Shown piece by piece: positions 49,825 through 60,438 of a stretch of DNA of 64,000 nt (its first letter is position 1; each line of letters opens with the position of its first letter). Below the pieces are notes generated by a model. That model saw only the letters and a list, made by a program, of their open reading frames with translations. It had not been told where the DNA came from and did no database searches. The stretch comes from Polyangiaceae bacterium. GTDB lineage: Bacteria; Myxococcota_A; Polyangia; Polyangiales; Polyangiaceae. The DNA lies in contig JBILLK010000024.1 of the NCBI GenBank assembly GCA_044376115.1, positions 64,001-128,000 on the forward strand, read 5' to 3'. Made by a program: the position numbers and the translations under genes.

Positions 49825-51255
49825 TCACGGATCTTTGCAGCAGCGAAAGCCGATATTGGGTAGCAGGGTCGTCTCGACGGCGCGGGGCACGAGATCGATG
49901 GTGCAGGCGAGCCCCAACTCGGGGGATAGATAAGAGCCGCCGCTCAAGGCGAAGATGCGGTTGGGGCTGGGAGCTGCGTTGGTCTGGGTGCTCGTCCACT
50001 CGGCCAAGTTGCCAGAGGCGTCAAACACCGCCCCCGGCGTAGCGCAAGCGACCTCGGTGCCGGTGGGCATGGCCGCACCGATGACGTTGTCCACACCATT
50101 GCAGGTCGTCCCAACGTAGCCGTCGCCATAGGGGTAGTCCGTGTCGCCCGTGCCTCTACATGCCGCCTCGAGCTCATCCAAGGTACAAACGCGGAAGCCG
50201 GTTCCCCGGGCCTCACACCCAGCCTTGGCCTCCTCGAAGCCGGCCGCCGCCCATGGCAGCACATTGGGATTGGAGCAGGCGACGCTCTCGAGGAGCCCTG
50301 CAGAGCCAGCCTGGGCGTCGGGCCGAGAGGCTTCATAGCGATCAACCATCACCCCACCGCCGTTTGGGATGAGCACCATGCTGAAGGCGCTAGGCAATAG
50401 CCCATTATCCACGAGCCCATCACAATCGTTGTCGATGCCGTCGCAGGCCTCAGCTGCAGCCACGCCTGGCAGCGGCGGCGCGCTCAAGTCACACGTGGTC
50501 TTCTGCGGATCAACGGGGTCACAAACCACGAGACCAGCGTCTTGGCACTGCCCCAAGGCCAGATCGGTGCAGACGCTGCCCAACGCAGTAAACCACTCAT
50601 CAGCCGTGCCATCGCAGTTACCGTCGAGATTGTCGCACAGCGTCTCGGTCAGCCGAATGAAGCCCGAGACCGTCTCTACCTCCGGCGGGTACTCACAGGA
50701 CCAGCCGGTTTGCCCGTTGCAAACCACCAACGTGTTTTCGCAAGGCGTCCCCAACGTTGTATTGCAGAGAGCGTCGGGGACCTCCAAGTCCGGGTCGGCG
50801 GAGTCAATCAGTGAGTCGCAATCATTGTCGACTCCGTCGCACAACTCGACGCCGGGTACCGGCACCGGACAGGCGTACTCGCAGCCGTTCTGCGGTAAGC
50901 CATCAATATCGTATTGGCCTTCCAAACAGGCCTGTACGAGGCACTCACCGGCGAGGCAAAGCGGAATGGCGCCGGCGGGAGCACAAGGCACGCCGCAAGC
51001 GCCGCAGTTCTCGAGCGACATCTCGGTATCGCCGCAGTCCATCCCTCCGCCATTACCGCCGGTGATGAACCCGCCTCCGAAGGCGCCGCCGCTGCCCGCA
51101 GCAGCCCCCTCCCCTCCGCTGCCCCCGTTGGGCCCGCCACCAACACTCGAGCCGTCCTCGCATTCGGAGAAGCAGTAGGCCTTGATGTCGCAGCCTGCCG
51201 CAAAAAGCAGCAGCAGCCCGAGTGCACGCTTCGATCGCGCTGACGTGACGTTCAT
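49825..51255 (-). CDS. Lipoprotein with Cys-rich/MopE-like repeats and C-terminal FGE-like (C-type lectin fold) domain
   Basis: Lipobox FAAGC; ELCDGVDNDCD repeats; VDRYEAS, DASGNLAEW, GFRCC. ATGA overlap with the upstream gene. Confidence 0.85.
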   Translation of the reverse strand: MNVTSARSKRALGLLLLFAAGCDIKAYCFSECEDGSSVGGGPNGGSGGEGAAAGSGGAFGGGFITGGNGGGMDCGDTEMSLENCGACGVPCAPAGAIPLCLAGECLVQACLEGQYDIDGLPQNGCEYACPVPVPGVELCDGVDNDCDSLIDSADPDLEVPDALCNTTLGTPCENTLVVCNGQTGWSCEYPPEVETVSGFIRLTETLCDNLDGNCDGTADEWFTALGSVCTDLALGQCQDAGLVVCDPVDPQKTTCDLSAPPLPGVAAAEACDGIDNDCDGLVDNGLLPSAFSMVLIPNGGGVMVDRYEASRPDAQAGSAGLLESVACSNPNVLPWAAAGFEEAKAGCEARGTGFRVCTLDELEAACRGTGDTDYPYGDGYVGTTCNGVDNVIGAAMPTGTEVACATPGAVFDASGNLAEWTSTQTNAAPSPNRIFALSGGSYLSPELGLACTIDLVPRAVETTLLPNIGFRCCKDP

Positions 51256-54200
51256 CGACCACCTCGCTTGCGCGCTAGCGCCAACCCGAGCACCGCCAAG
51301 AGCAACCAACCAAACTTGTTGTCCCCGGTCGGGCTCGTTGAACAGCCGCCACCGCCCGTAGCAAGGCCCCAATTGCCCTTGGCCCCGATACCGCCCTCTC
51401 CACCAGAACCACCCTCGCCGCCGCCTGCGCTTTGGCTCGAGCCGGCAGAACCGCCAGCGTTGTTACCACCGGAGAAGGCACCGCCGGTTCCGCTACCACC
51501 CATTCCGCCTTGCCCGCCACCACCAGCGGCATCGATACACACACCACCCTCGCAGACCTCCCCCGGCTCGCAGACAACGCCATTGCAGCTAATCGGGAAG
51601 CAGAAGCCTTGCTGACACTCAAAGCCGTTGGGGCAAGGGAACTCGCCGGATTGGCAAGGAGCCACACACTGCGCCTCGACGCATTGAGTCTTGCCCGGGC
51701 ACGGCGCCAAGTCATCGGCGATGCCGTCACAATCATCGTCCTCACCGTTGCAGATCTCATTACCGGGCCCTTGGAAGCCAATGCACAACGGGCCAGCGTT
51801 GATGCACACCACGGTGCCGAGCTGACAGGGCGCCTGATCATTGGGCGGCGTCAGAACCCCGCATGGCTGACCAAAGATGTCTGGCTGGTTGGTCTCGACG
51901 TCGCCCTGCTCGTCAATCGCTAGATCGCAATCGTTGTCGAGCCCGTCACAGATCTCGGTCCCGGGAACGCAGTTGGGACACGGCAATGGCAAACCTGCGT
52001 CGTCCTCGTCAACGAGGCCGTCACAGTCGTCGTCCAGCTGATTACAAATCTCCATCCCGGGCACACCACCCGGATTGGTGATTTGGCACTCGGTGCCACT
52101 GCCATCCGCTTTGCAGACGAACTCGCCGATACCCAGGCAAATACCCAGCTCTCCGTCGGTGCAAGGCAGCCCCTTCTCGGGGAAATCTTCGTCGACCAGC
52201 GTATCGCAATCATCGTCGAGGTCGTTGCACAGCTCGAACTTCTGATTCGCGCCGATGATCGTCGCCAGCGCGTTGGCTAGCTCATTCTCCGACGAAACGA
52301 AAAAGGCCTGGGTGGTACCGCCCGCAGCGGCGATCGCGTTGAGCTGGGTCTGCTCCGAGGCCAACACCGAGAAGCCGATCACGTAGGTCTGGACCGGCTT
52401 GCCTGAGATACCGGCGAGCAGCGCGGCTGCCGAAGCTACAGGGTTATCACCGCAGCTCTCGGCGCCGTCGGTCAGCAGGATGACCGAGTACGACCGACAG
52501 TCTTTGGCGGTATCGCAAGACACCACCGGAGTAAGGAAGTCATAGGTCGCTTCGAGCGAGCTACCGAGCGGCGTGGGCCCCGTCCCGCGCAACTCACAAT
52601 TACCCGTGGGGCAGTGGTCGGCAGAGAGGATACCGCTGTCGAACGTGGCGTCGTTGTCCTCGACGCCGTCGAGCCAGTCGAGATAACGATTGATACTCTC
52701 GTTGAAGCCGACGAGAACCTGCGCCCCGCGGCGCGGCGGCCCGCACGAGCCTGCGTAGTTGATGCAATCACTCGTCGGCGGTTCCTCGATCCCTTCGGCG
52801 GCCCAGTCGATGCTGATGTTGCCGGTAAAGGTTGGAGTCGCGGGGTAGCCCGCTCCCGGGTAGATGCTCGAGAGTACGCAGGTATTGTCCGGGTAGTTCG
52901 ACGGATAGCCCGGTACAAGGTTGTCGGTCGGGTCGTCGTAGGAACAACAACTCGCAGCACACTCAAAGTTGGAGGCGGTCTGACACGAGCGATTGACGCC
53001 TACGTCTTGGTAGTAGCGAGCCAACGCAAAGTCGCTCTCCGGGAACGCCGAGAGCACCGAGGTCAGGGCGCGCTTGGCGATGAACAAGCGGCTGTTGTTG
53101 CCCGCAACGCTATCGGCGTCACTGGCGGTATCCACACCGGGAAAGAGCACCGAGCCATCGCCGAAGGTTGGGTTGCCGCCAATGTCGTTGAGCATGGACC
53201 CGGACGTATCGACGACGAGCGTGAAGCGCGGCCGCGCGTCGGTCGCCTGCACGAGGCACGGCGTTGGGTCGCTGTAGTCGCACAAGAGCGGAACCCCGCC
53301 AGCGCAAGCGTTGATGGTCGAGCCGTCTGGACAGATCTGGACGCCAAGGTTCTCGTCGACCTGGCCGTCGAAGTCGTTGTCGTAGCCGTCACAGACCTCA
53401 CCGATGTAGCCGCCGTCGATCTGGAGCTCACCAGCCCCGCCGCCAGCCTCGCCCGCGCAGATGGGGCAGATGCCGCCAGGCGCGCCGCGGACGTTGAAGA
53501 TGGCGAGCGGGTCGATATCGGAGGAACGCGACTGGAGGTTGATAATGCCGCCCCCACCGCCGCCGGCACAGTCGTCACAGGTGCCGTTGTTTTGTGTTCC
53601 AACGCACTCGCGTTCGTTCTCGCCTGGATCGAACGGAGAGCACTGATCGGCAGCATCCGCACAAACGTTGCCGAGGTCACCGCCGAGATTTTTGCAGGTC
53701 TGCCCCAACAGGGTTTCGCATTGTGCGTTGCTGGTGCAGGGGGTGCAGTTGCAGGGACCGCAGCGACCAGCTTGGCAAGTCTGCCCCGCCTGGCACTGGG
53801 CGTTGGTGGTGCACGGTAAACACTTGGGCTGAGAGTCTCCACCGCGTCCACCATGAGCGCTGATGCGCGCTGTGGCATCGACAGTGATTTGGTCGGCGAC
53901 GATTAGAATGCTTCCGCCGGCACCTCCGCCCGCCGAGTCATTGCCGGAAGAGCAGCCGCGATGGCCGTCCGCGTTGACTTTACCTGCTATTGAGATGGAA
54001 CCGTTCTGGGCAGCGTTGGCAGCGAAAAGTACGATACGGCCACCACCGCGGCCAGCCCGCAGGGCGTTGTCGAAGCCATCGCGACAGCCTTTGTCTCCTC
54101 CTGCCGCACCAAACTCTATATCGTAAATACTGTGCTCAAAGGACTGGCCGGCGACGCTTGGCAAGCCGTTACCAGCACCGTTGACGTTGGTGGTGCCATA

Positions 54201-54830
54201 ACAGACGGCGGCGTTGGGGTCGTTGGTTGCAACGCAGGCGTTGCCAGCGGCGTTGAGATTGCCGCAGTCCTCCTCATACTCCTGAGGGAACTGACAACTC
54301 GTGTTTGGTGCGACCAAAAAGCAGTCTTTGGTACCGCGCCCGCCGTTACCAAAGTGTGCACCTCCGCCGCCTGAGTCGAGCACCGAGCAGCCACCGCGCC
54401 CGCCCGAGAGCCCCGGCCCCTCCCCTTCGTTGCAGACGAACGCGCGATACCCATTGCCCTTGGCCGTTATGCGGCTACTCGCATCGACCACGATGGTCGT
54501 CAGACTCTTGAGCACCAGGTTGCCCGTGTTGACTTCGTCCACGCCGTTGTACGGCGGCACGCAGAGGGTCGCCCCGTTCTGCAACGTGATCGCATCGAAC
54601 TCGTGCTCGCCGCCGTAAAGGCAACCGCGATTGGCCGCTGCTGTCGCATTGACCTGGCAGCTCGAATCAACCGGCGTTCCGCCCGGGCAATTGGCGGGCC
54701 CCGCGACCGCCCCGTCGATCGTAAGCGGTACGGCGCTTGCGGTCCCAGAGAACCCAAGCAGCACACCAAGAACCAGCCACGAATACAGGCCTAGCCAGAC
54801 AAAACCACGCGCCAGATCGGAAGTTCGCAT
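51252..54830 (-). CDS. Large MYXO-CTERM surface protein: Gly-rich domain, Cys-rich repeats, VWA domain, MopE-like repeats
   Basis: Signal peptide; GGGAGGSI motifs; MIDAS DTSGS, GPTP, LLTDG; EICNxxDDDCDG repeats; GGGGCS...WLLLAVLGLALARKR tail. Confidence 0.88.
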   Translation of the reverse strand: MRTSDLARGFVWLGLYSWLVLGVLLGFSGTASAVPLTIDGAVAGPANCPGGTPVDSSCQVNATAAANRGCLYGGEHEFDAITLQNGATLCVPPYNGVDEVNTGNLVLKSLTTIVVDASSRITAKGNGYRAFVCNEGEGPGLSGGRGGCSVLDSGGGGAHFGNGGRGTKDCFLVAPNTSCQFPQEYEEDCGNLNAAGNACVATNDPNAAVCYGTTNVNGAGNGLPSVAGQSFEHSIYDIEFGAAGGDKGCRDGFDNALRAGRGGGRIVLFAANAAQNGSISIAGKVNADGHRGCSSGNDSAGGGAGGSILIVADQITVDATARISAHGGRGGDSQPKCLPCTTNAQCQAGQTCQAGRCGPCNCTPCTSNAQCETLLGQTCKNLGGDLGNVCADAADQCSPFDPGENERECVGTQNNGTCDDCAGGGGGGIINLQSRSSDIDPLAIFNVRGAPGGICPICAGEAGGGAGELQIDGGYIGEVCDGYDNDFDGQVDENLGVQICPDGSTINACAGGVPLLCDYSDPTPCLVQATDARPRFTLVVDTSGSMLNDIGGNPTFGDGSVLFPGVDTASDADSVAGNNSRLFIAKRALTSVLSAFPESDFALARYYQDVGVNRSCQTASNFECAASCCSYDDPTDNLVPGYPSNYPDNTCVLSSIYPGAGYPATPTFTGNISIDWAAEGIEEPPTSDCINYAGSCGPPRRGAQVLVGFNESINRYLDWLDGVEDNDATFDSGILSADHCPTGNCELRGTGPTPLGSSLEATYDFLTPVVSCDTAKDCRSYSVILLTDGAESCGDNPVASAAALLAGISGKPVQTYVIGFSVLASEQTQLNAIAAAGGTTQAFFVSSENELANALATIIGANQKFELCNDLDDDCDTLVDEDFPEKGLPCTDGELGICLGIGEFVCKADGSGTECQITNPGGVPGMEICNQLDDDCDGLVDEDDAGLPLPCPNCVPGTEICDGLDNDCDLAIDEQGDVETNQPDIFGQPCGVLTPPNDQAPCQLGTVVCINAGPLCIGFQGPGNEICNGEDDDCDGIADDLAPCPGKTQCVEAQCVAPCQSGEFPCPNGFECQQGFCFPISCNGVVCEPGEVCEGGVCIDAAGGGGQGGMGGSGTGGAFSGGNNAGGSAGSSQSAGGGEGGSGGEGGIGAKGNWGLATGGGGCSTSPTGDNKFGWLLLAVLGLALARKRGGR

Positions 54831-54924
54831 CGGGTTGGAGCTCCTAGCGCGAGGCTATCCGATGTCCGAAGATTTGCGCTCGGTACGCATTCATCGAATT
54901 GCAAAAACGTGTGAGAATGCACAC

Positions 54925-55878
54925 ATGCGCGCCGCTATAGCTGTTCTCCTGCTCGCCTCCGCTTGTGCCAACGGCGGAACGATCCCACCCGGAGACGGTG
55001 GTGGCAGCAGCTCCTCGGAGGGGACGGGCGCCGCGACGAGTTCGAGTGGTGGCGGGGGAGAGAATGGCACTGGGGCCGGCGTCGCGAACGGAGGTGCCCC
55101 GTCTTCGGGCGGAGGCGGCGCGATCGGCAACGGCGGCTCGGCGGCAGGCGGCGCACCCAGCGGTGGAGGCGGCATGGGTGGCTCCATGCAGGGCCCCTTC
55201 TGTGGGGACGGTCAAACCGAAGGCGCAGAAGAGTGCGACGACCAAGACACCGCCAACGGAGACGGCTGCAGTTCCGCTTGCATCATAGAAGACGGCTTCA
55301 CCTGCGCTGGAGAACCCAGCGTCTGTACGCCCGTCGCCACCGAGCAGGTGATCACAGTCGGACCTGGGCTGAACCTCTCGATTCCGGATAACGGTTATTC
55401 AGGGGCGATCAACTCGATGGCCTGCGCCACGCTCAATGTGCCTTCGGTCGCCAACAACACGATCAGCGCAATCGAGGTCGAGGTCGGAGCGATTCACGGC
55501 TACGTGGGTGACCTCGTGTTCAAGTTGGTGAGCCCAGCGAATACCGTGATCACCTTGGTGAGTCGCCCCGGAGGCACCGAGCTCCTCGATGACGGCAGCG
55601 AGCTCATCTTCAATGGAGGCGAGCTCGTAGCGAGTAGCCCCATCACCTTCGTTACCGGCGCCGCGACGAGCGCCGAGCAAATGGGCGTCAACACCAGCGT
55701 CATCTGTCTCGACAATGGCATCTGTGACTTCGCGCCGAACAATGGCGCAGCCGCCCCAGGCAATCTCACGACGTTGAACGGTCAATCGGGTGCAGGCGCG
55801 TGGAAGTTCTGCGCAGGTGATAGCGCCGCATCGGACGCGGGGTCGATCGACAAGGTTGTGCTGACGATTGCGCACTGA
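54925..55878 (+). CDS. Lipoprotein with Myxococcus Cys-rich (DUF4215) repeat and proprotein-convertase P-domain
   Basis: Lipobox LASAC; CGDG..EGAEECDD...GDGCSSAC; IPDN...HGYVGDL..KLVSP...GAWK...D. Confidence 0.85.
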   Translation: MRAAIAVLLLASACANGGTIPPGDGGGSSSSEGTGAATSSSGGGGENGTGAGVANGGAPSSGGGGAIGNGGSAAGGAPSGGGGMGGSMQGPFCGDGQTEGAEECDDQDTANGDGCSSACIIEDGFTCAGEPSVCTPVATEQVITVGPGLNLSIPDNGYSGAINSMACATLNVPSVANNTISAIEVEVGAIHGYVGDLVFKLVSPANTVITLVSRPGGTELLDDGSELIFNGGELVASSPITFVTGAATSAEQMGVNTSVICLDNGICDFAPNNGAAAPGNLTTLNGQSGAGAWKFCAGDSAASDAGSIDKVVLTIAH

Positions 55879-55895
55879 ACGGCTAGCCTTCGCGC

Positions 55896-57530
55896 ATGCT
55901 GCCGATGACGCATGTGGCCGAGCAACTCGGCCTTACCAGCGATGATCTAATTCCCTTCGGCCGAGACAAGGCCAAGCTCAGCAGCGCGGTGCTCAGCCGT
56001 CCCCGCGCAAGTGAAACGCCAGCCAAATTCATCCTGGTATCGGCCATCACGCCCACCCCCGCTGGCGAGGGCAAAACCACGACGACGATCGGCTTGGCCG
56101 ACGCCCTCAGGCTGGCTGGGCATCGAGCAGCGGCGGTGTTGCGTGAGCCCTCGCTGGGGCCGTGTTTCGGCGTGAAGGGCGGCGGCACTGGCGGGGGTCG
56201 CAGCAGGTTGCAACCAACCGACGATATCAACCTTCACTTCACCGGGGACTTCCACGCCATCACCAGCGCACACAACCTGCTGTCCGCGGCGATCGACAAC
56301 GAGCTCCATTTCGGCGGGCAGCTCGGGCTCGACTCAAGGCGCATCGTTTGGAAACGCGCGCTCGACATGAATGATCGCAGCCTGCGTCAGATCAACGTTG
56401 GACTCGGCGGTGACACCGGGGGAATTCCGCGGGAGACGGGCTTCGACATCACGGCGGCCTCGGAGTTGATGGCGATGCTTTGTTTGGCCGACGACGCGGA
56501 GGACCTGCGCGTTCGCATCGACCGCACGCTGATCGGCTTCACGCACAAGGGCGAGCCGGTGCTGGCGGGCAAGCTCGGCGTCACCGGCGCCATGTTGGCG
56601 CTGCTGCGCGATGCGCTTTTGCCCAACCTGGTGCAAACCGAGCATGGCACTCCGGCGATCGTTCATGGCGGCCCGTTCGCAAACATCGCGCACGGTTGCA
56701 ACAGCGTGATCGCGACGCGGGCAGGCTTGCAGCTCGCCGATTGGGTAGTAACCGAGGCCGGCTTTGGCTTCGATCTCGGCGCAGAGAAGTTCTTCGATAT
56801 CAAATGCCGTGGAGCCAACGTCGACCCGGACGCGGTGGTGCTCGTAGCAACCATCCGCGCGCTGAAGATGCACGGTGGCGTCGCACTCGATCGCATCAAC
56901 GATCCCGATCCCGGCGGGGTTCTGGCGGGGCTACCCAATCTCGAGAAGCACCTCGAGAACGTGGCGCACTTCAACAAGCGGGTCGTCGTCGCCATCAATC
57001 GCTTTGGCACCGACACCCCCGAGGAGATCGCCGTCGTACAAGAGGCCTGCGCCAAACGCGGCGTGCCGGTCGCGCTGTGTGAGCACTTCGCCCAGGGCGC
57101 CGAGGGCGCAGCTGAGCTCGCGCGCCACGTCGTCGAGCTTACGAGCCAGCCCAAACAGCCTTTCACTCCGCTCTATGAGCTAAGCCAATCGATCGAGGAG
57201 AAGGTCTTAGCAGTGGCTCGCAAGATGTATGGCGCGGAGGCAGTGAGCTTCACCAAGAGCGCCGAGCGTGATCTTCGCGAGATCAAAAAGCTCGGCTACG
57301 CGCACTTGCCCATCTGCGTAGCGAAGACGCAAAACTCGCTCTCCGACGACCCAAAGCTTCGCGGGCGCCCACAGGGTTTTACCGTCACTGTGCGCAACCT
57401 TCAGATCAGCGCTGGGGCCGGATTTATCGTGGTCTTGACCGGCGAGATCATGCGTATGCCCGGGCTTCCGCGGGTGCCGCAGGCGGTCAACATCAACCTG
57501 GTCGACGGGGTGATCGTCGGGCTCAAGTAG
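55896..57530 (+). CDS. fhs: Formate--tetrahydrofolate ligase
   Basis: TPTPAGEGKTT, INLHFTGDFHAI, HGGPFANIAHG, TEAGFG, CVAKTQ, MPGLP. Confidence 0.98.
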   Translation: MLPMTHVAEQLGLTSDDLIPFGRDKAKLSSAVLSRPRASETPAKFILVSAITPTPAGEGKTTTTIGLADALRLAGHRAAAVLREPSLGPCFGVKGGGTGGGRSRLQPTDDINLHFTGDFHAITSAHNLLSAAIDNELHFGGQLGLDSRRIVWKRALDMNDRSLRQINVGLGGDTGGIPRETGFDITAASELMAMLCLADDAEDLRVRIDRTLIGFTHKGEPVLAGKLGVTGAMLALLRDALLPNLVQTEHGTPAIVHGGPFANIAHGCNSVIATRAGLQLADWVVTEAGFGFDLGAEKFFDIKCRGANVDPDAVVLVATIRALKMHGGVALDRINDPDPGGVLAGLPNLEKHLENVAHFNKRVVVAINRFGTDTPEEIAVVQEACAKRGVPVALCEHFAQGAEGAAELARHVVELTSQPKQPFTPLYELSQSIEEKVLAVARKMYGAEAVSFTKSAERDLREIKKLGYAHLPICVAKTQNSLSDDPKLRGRPQGFTVTVRNLQISAGAGFIVVLTGEIMRMPGLPRVPQAVNINLVDGVIVGLK

Positions 57531-57555
57531 GGCTACCTGCCGGGCCTTCGGCGGC

Positions 57556-58938
57556 TCAACGAGCCTTGCGCCGTCGTTGGGAGGCTGCGGCTAACGCAAG
57601 CAGCGAAAGCCAACCGAGGCCACCAGACGATCGCGAAGCGGGTGTTTGCACGGCGCAGCTTGAAGCGCTGGCTTGAGCGTCACCACCACCGTTGCCGCCG
57701 GCGTCGGGACCCGCGCCTTCACCACTCGCGCCGGCTTCTCCCCCCGAGCCGTTCGTGCTTCCGCCGGCTCCGCTCGGATCAGCAACGACCTGAAAGGTGA
57801 ACGCTATTGCGTTATCCGGCGGACCAGCCTGATCACCGAACCAAGCCACCGACTCTTCGACCAGACCAAAGTGCTCGGTGTAGGTACCGGGCTCGGTGGG
57901 CGCGACGAAGGTAAGGTCGAAGGTGTAGCTCTCACCGAGGGCGACCGGCGCGGAGACTGCGGCCAGGCGATTGTTGGCGGGCCAGCTAGCGTCGGCGAAC
58001 AGGCTCTCGCGATCGCGAGGCTCGGTCGTCGCGAGCTTGGTGGCGGGGCCCCAGGTGGTACCGCCCGTGTTGGTGACCGCGATCGATACCGAGAAGGACT
58101 CCGAGGCGAGCACCGTCTTGGGCGCCGTCAAAGACTCCACGGAAGCGCCAAAACCTCCCTGACTCGCATAGGCGACGAGGTCTTCGTAGCTGCCCTTGAA
58201 TACGTTGGTATCCACGTTGCCGGCGATCCCCGCGACGGAGCCCGAGGAGGTGTATTGCCAGAGCAACCAATCACTCCATTGGTCCGCGATATTGGCGCAC
58301 GAGCCGCAGCCCGGCGGGGCTTCCGCGGGAGGCTGGCAAGCATTCGGATATTGAGCGTGCCATAGCGGATAGTCGGCGAAGTCACTGGAGGAGACGTTGT
58401 CCTGCCAAAAGTACTTGCCGGTGTAGATGATCGGCTTCTTACCGGTGCCCGATTCAACGATATCCATCCACGCAGCGATCGAATCGACGATGGCGGCCTT
58501 GTCGGTCAAACCACTCGTGGTCTCTACATCGATGACGACGGGTAGGTCCCCCGGGCCAAGTTTGCCCACCTTATCGACGACAATATTGGCTTGCGCCACC
58601 GGGTCGTCCCCTGGCTCGAAGTATTGGTACGCACCTCGGATTAACCCCACTTGCTTGATGCCGGCCCAGTTCGCGTCGAACTGCGGGTCCATGAAGTCAG
58701 CGTGGTTGATGCGCGTGATGGCGAAGGAGTAGCCATCCGAGGCGACCGCCTCCCAGTTGATGTTGCCCTGGTAGTAGGACACATCGATGCCGTAAACGAC
58801 CTGCTCGGGAGCACAGACCACGAGTGCGTCCTCGGTCACCGAGACGACCTCGCTCGACTCTGGCAACGACTCTTCGACCTCGCAGCCGTGCGCAGCCAAC
58901 GAAACGACGACCATGCTCACGAAGCAGCGGAATCGCAT
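57556..58938 (-). CDS. GH25 muramidase with NBR1/Ig-like domain and MYXO-CTERM
   Basis: GIDVSYYQG, RGAYQY, VIDVE, WQYTSSG...VDTN; NTGGTTW...APTEPGTY...WFG; SCAV...WLSLLALAAASQRRRK. Confidence 0.9.
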   Translation of the reverse strand: MRFRCFVSMVVVSLAAHGCEVEESLPESSEVVSVTEDALVVCAPEQVVYGIDVSYYQGNINWEAVASDGYSFAITRINHADFMDPQFDANWAGIKQVGLIRGAYQYFEPGDDPVAQANIVVDKVGKLGPGDLPVVIDVETTSGLTDKAAIVDSIAAWMDIVESGTGKKPIIYTGKYFWQDNVSSSDFADYPLWHAQYPNACQPPAEAPPGCGSCANIADQWSDWLLWQYTSSGSVAGIAGNVDTNVFKGSYEDLVAYASQGGFGASVESLTAPKTVLASESFSVSIAVTNTGGTTWGPATKLATTEPRDRESLFADASWPANNRLAAVSAPVALGESYTFDLTFVAPTEPGTYTEHFGLVEESVAWFGDQAGPPDNAIAFTFQVVADPSGAGGSTNGSGGEAGASGEGAGPDAGGNGGGDAQASASSCAVQTPASRSSGGLGWLSLLALAAASQRRRKAR

Positions 58939-59039
58939 GCGTTCTATCTCCGCACGGTCGCCTCGAGATCTCAAGGGCGCAAGTGGCTGTCAGAAGGACA
59001 CAACGGCGTGGCCGCATTGGTGTAACGTCGAGTCACCGC

Positions 59040-60428
59040 ATGGCTGACGACAAGCCCAAGGATCGCCCCCCCACCTCCAGGCTCGGCCGCTTGGCCCGGC
59101 TCGCCGCTCTTGCGCCAAAGGGAATGCCGCTGGCGTTCGAAGGCGCCAAGCGGGCGCTCGGGATGCGCAACAAGGACGAGCCGCCGTCGGTTGAAGAAAA
59201 GCGTAAGGTCGCCGCAGACGCCAAAAAGGCTGCTGAAGCGCTGCTCAAGACGCTCGGAGAGATGAAGGGCCTGCCGCTGAAGGTTGGCCAGATGGTGAGC
59301 TACATCGATGGGCTTGCTCCGCCCGGCTACGAAGAGCGCTTCAAGGCCGAACTCAAGAAGCTGCTCGACAAGGCGCCACCGCTATCGCCCGAAGCCGCGG
59401 TCAAAGTCATCACGGAGGAGTTCGGTGCACCGCCGGATCAGGTCTTCGCCGAATGGGAGGCTGAGCCTTTCGCAGCGGCCAGCATCGGGCAGGTGCATCG
59501 CGCCAAGACGAAGGACGGCGCGACCGTTGCGGTGAAGGTTCAATACCCCGGCATCGACAAGGCGATCGAGGCGGACCTCAAGAGCATCCAGTTTTTTCAA
59601 AGCATGCTCTCGCCGGTGGCGAAGAAGATTCACAGCGCCCAAACGCTGGACGAGATCGGCAAGGTCTTCCGCGAAGAACTCGACTACGGGCTCGAGGCCT
59701 CGCGAGCCGACGCCTTCCGACGCATTCACGAGGGAGACAGCAACGTCGTCATCCCGCGGGTCTTTCACTCGTTGACCACCAAGCGCGTGCTCACCACCGA
59801 GCTGCTCGGTGGGCAGAGCTACGCGGACTTCGTCGCCTCGGCGTCCCAGGAAGATCGCAACGCGGCGGGGGTGACGATTTGGACCTTCACCTTCAAATCG
59901 CTGATGCAGTACGGGCACCTCTACGCCGATCCGCATCCGGGCAACTATCGTTTCCTCGGCGGCGGGAAGATCGGCTTCTTGGATTTCGGCTGCATCAAGC
60001 TGCTGCCGCCGGAGCTCGTGATGAGCATGAAGCGCTACATGATCGCGGCGCTCGACGAAGACTGGGTCGAGTTCGATCGAGCCTGCGTCGAAGTGCTCGG
60101 TTACGATCCAGAAGACGAGACGTGGGAGCTTTACCGTGGCTACACGCTCGAGCTGCTCGCCCCGTTGATGTCTCGTGAGATTTGGGTCTGCTCGCAGGAG
60201 AAAGCCCGCGAGACGGTCTCCTATCTTTCGCGCGGTATTCGAAAGATCGCGCTGAAAGACGGTGAACTTCCCAAGCTGCCGAAGGTGCCGAAGATGCCGC
60301 AGGACTTCACGTTCGTGAATCGGCTGCAGTGGGGCCTCGCAAGCGTCATGGCTGGGCTCGGAACTCACGCGCACTTTCGCCCGATGACGGAGCCCTGGAT
60401 TCGAAGCCCCGTCTTGCCGGCCCCCTGA
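59040..60428 (+). CDS. ABC1/AarF/UbiB family atypical kinase
   Basis: MKGLPLKVGQ, PFAAASIGQVH, VAVKVQYPG, EELDY, ADPHPGNY, LDFG. Confidence 0.95.
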   Translation: MADDKPKDRPPTSRLGRLARLAALAPKGMPLAFEGAKRALGMRNKDEPPSVEEKRKVAADAKKAAEALLKTLGEMKGLPLKVGQMVSYIDGLAPPGYEERFKAELKKLLDKAPPLSPEAAVKVITEEFGAPPDQVFAEWEAEPFAAASIGQVHRAKTKDGATVAVKVQYPGIDKAIEADLKSIQFFQSMLSPVAKKIHSAQTLDEIGKVFREELDYGLEASRADAFRRIHEGDSNVVIPRVFHSLTTKRVLTTELLGGQSYADFVASASQEDRNAAGVTIWTFTFKSLMQYGHLYADPHPGNYRFLGGGKIGFLDFGCIKLLPPELVMSMKRYMIAALDEDWVEFDRACVEVLGYDPEDETWELYRGYTLELLAPLMSREIWVCSQEKARETVSYLSRGIRKIALKDGELPKLPKVPKMPQDFTFVNRLQWGLASVMAGLGTHAHFRPMTEPWIRSPVLPAP

Positions 60429-60438
60429 GGGTTGGCCG

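Noticed and set aside
49825..50370. FGE/CLec domains (also 21288-22154) as diversity-generating retroelement targets
   Set aside because: No reverse transcriptase and no template/variable repeat pair seen in the window.
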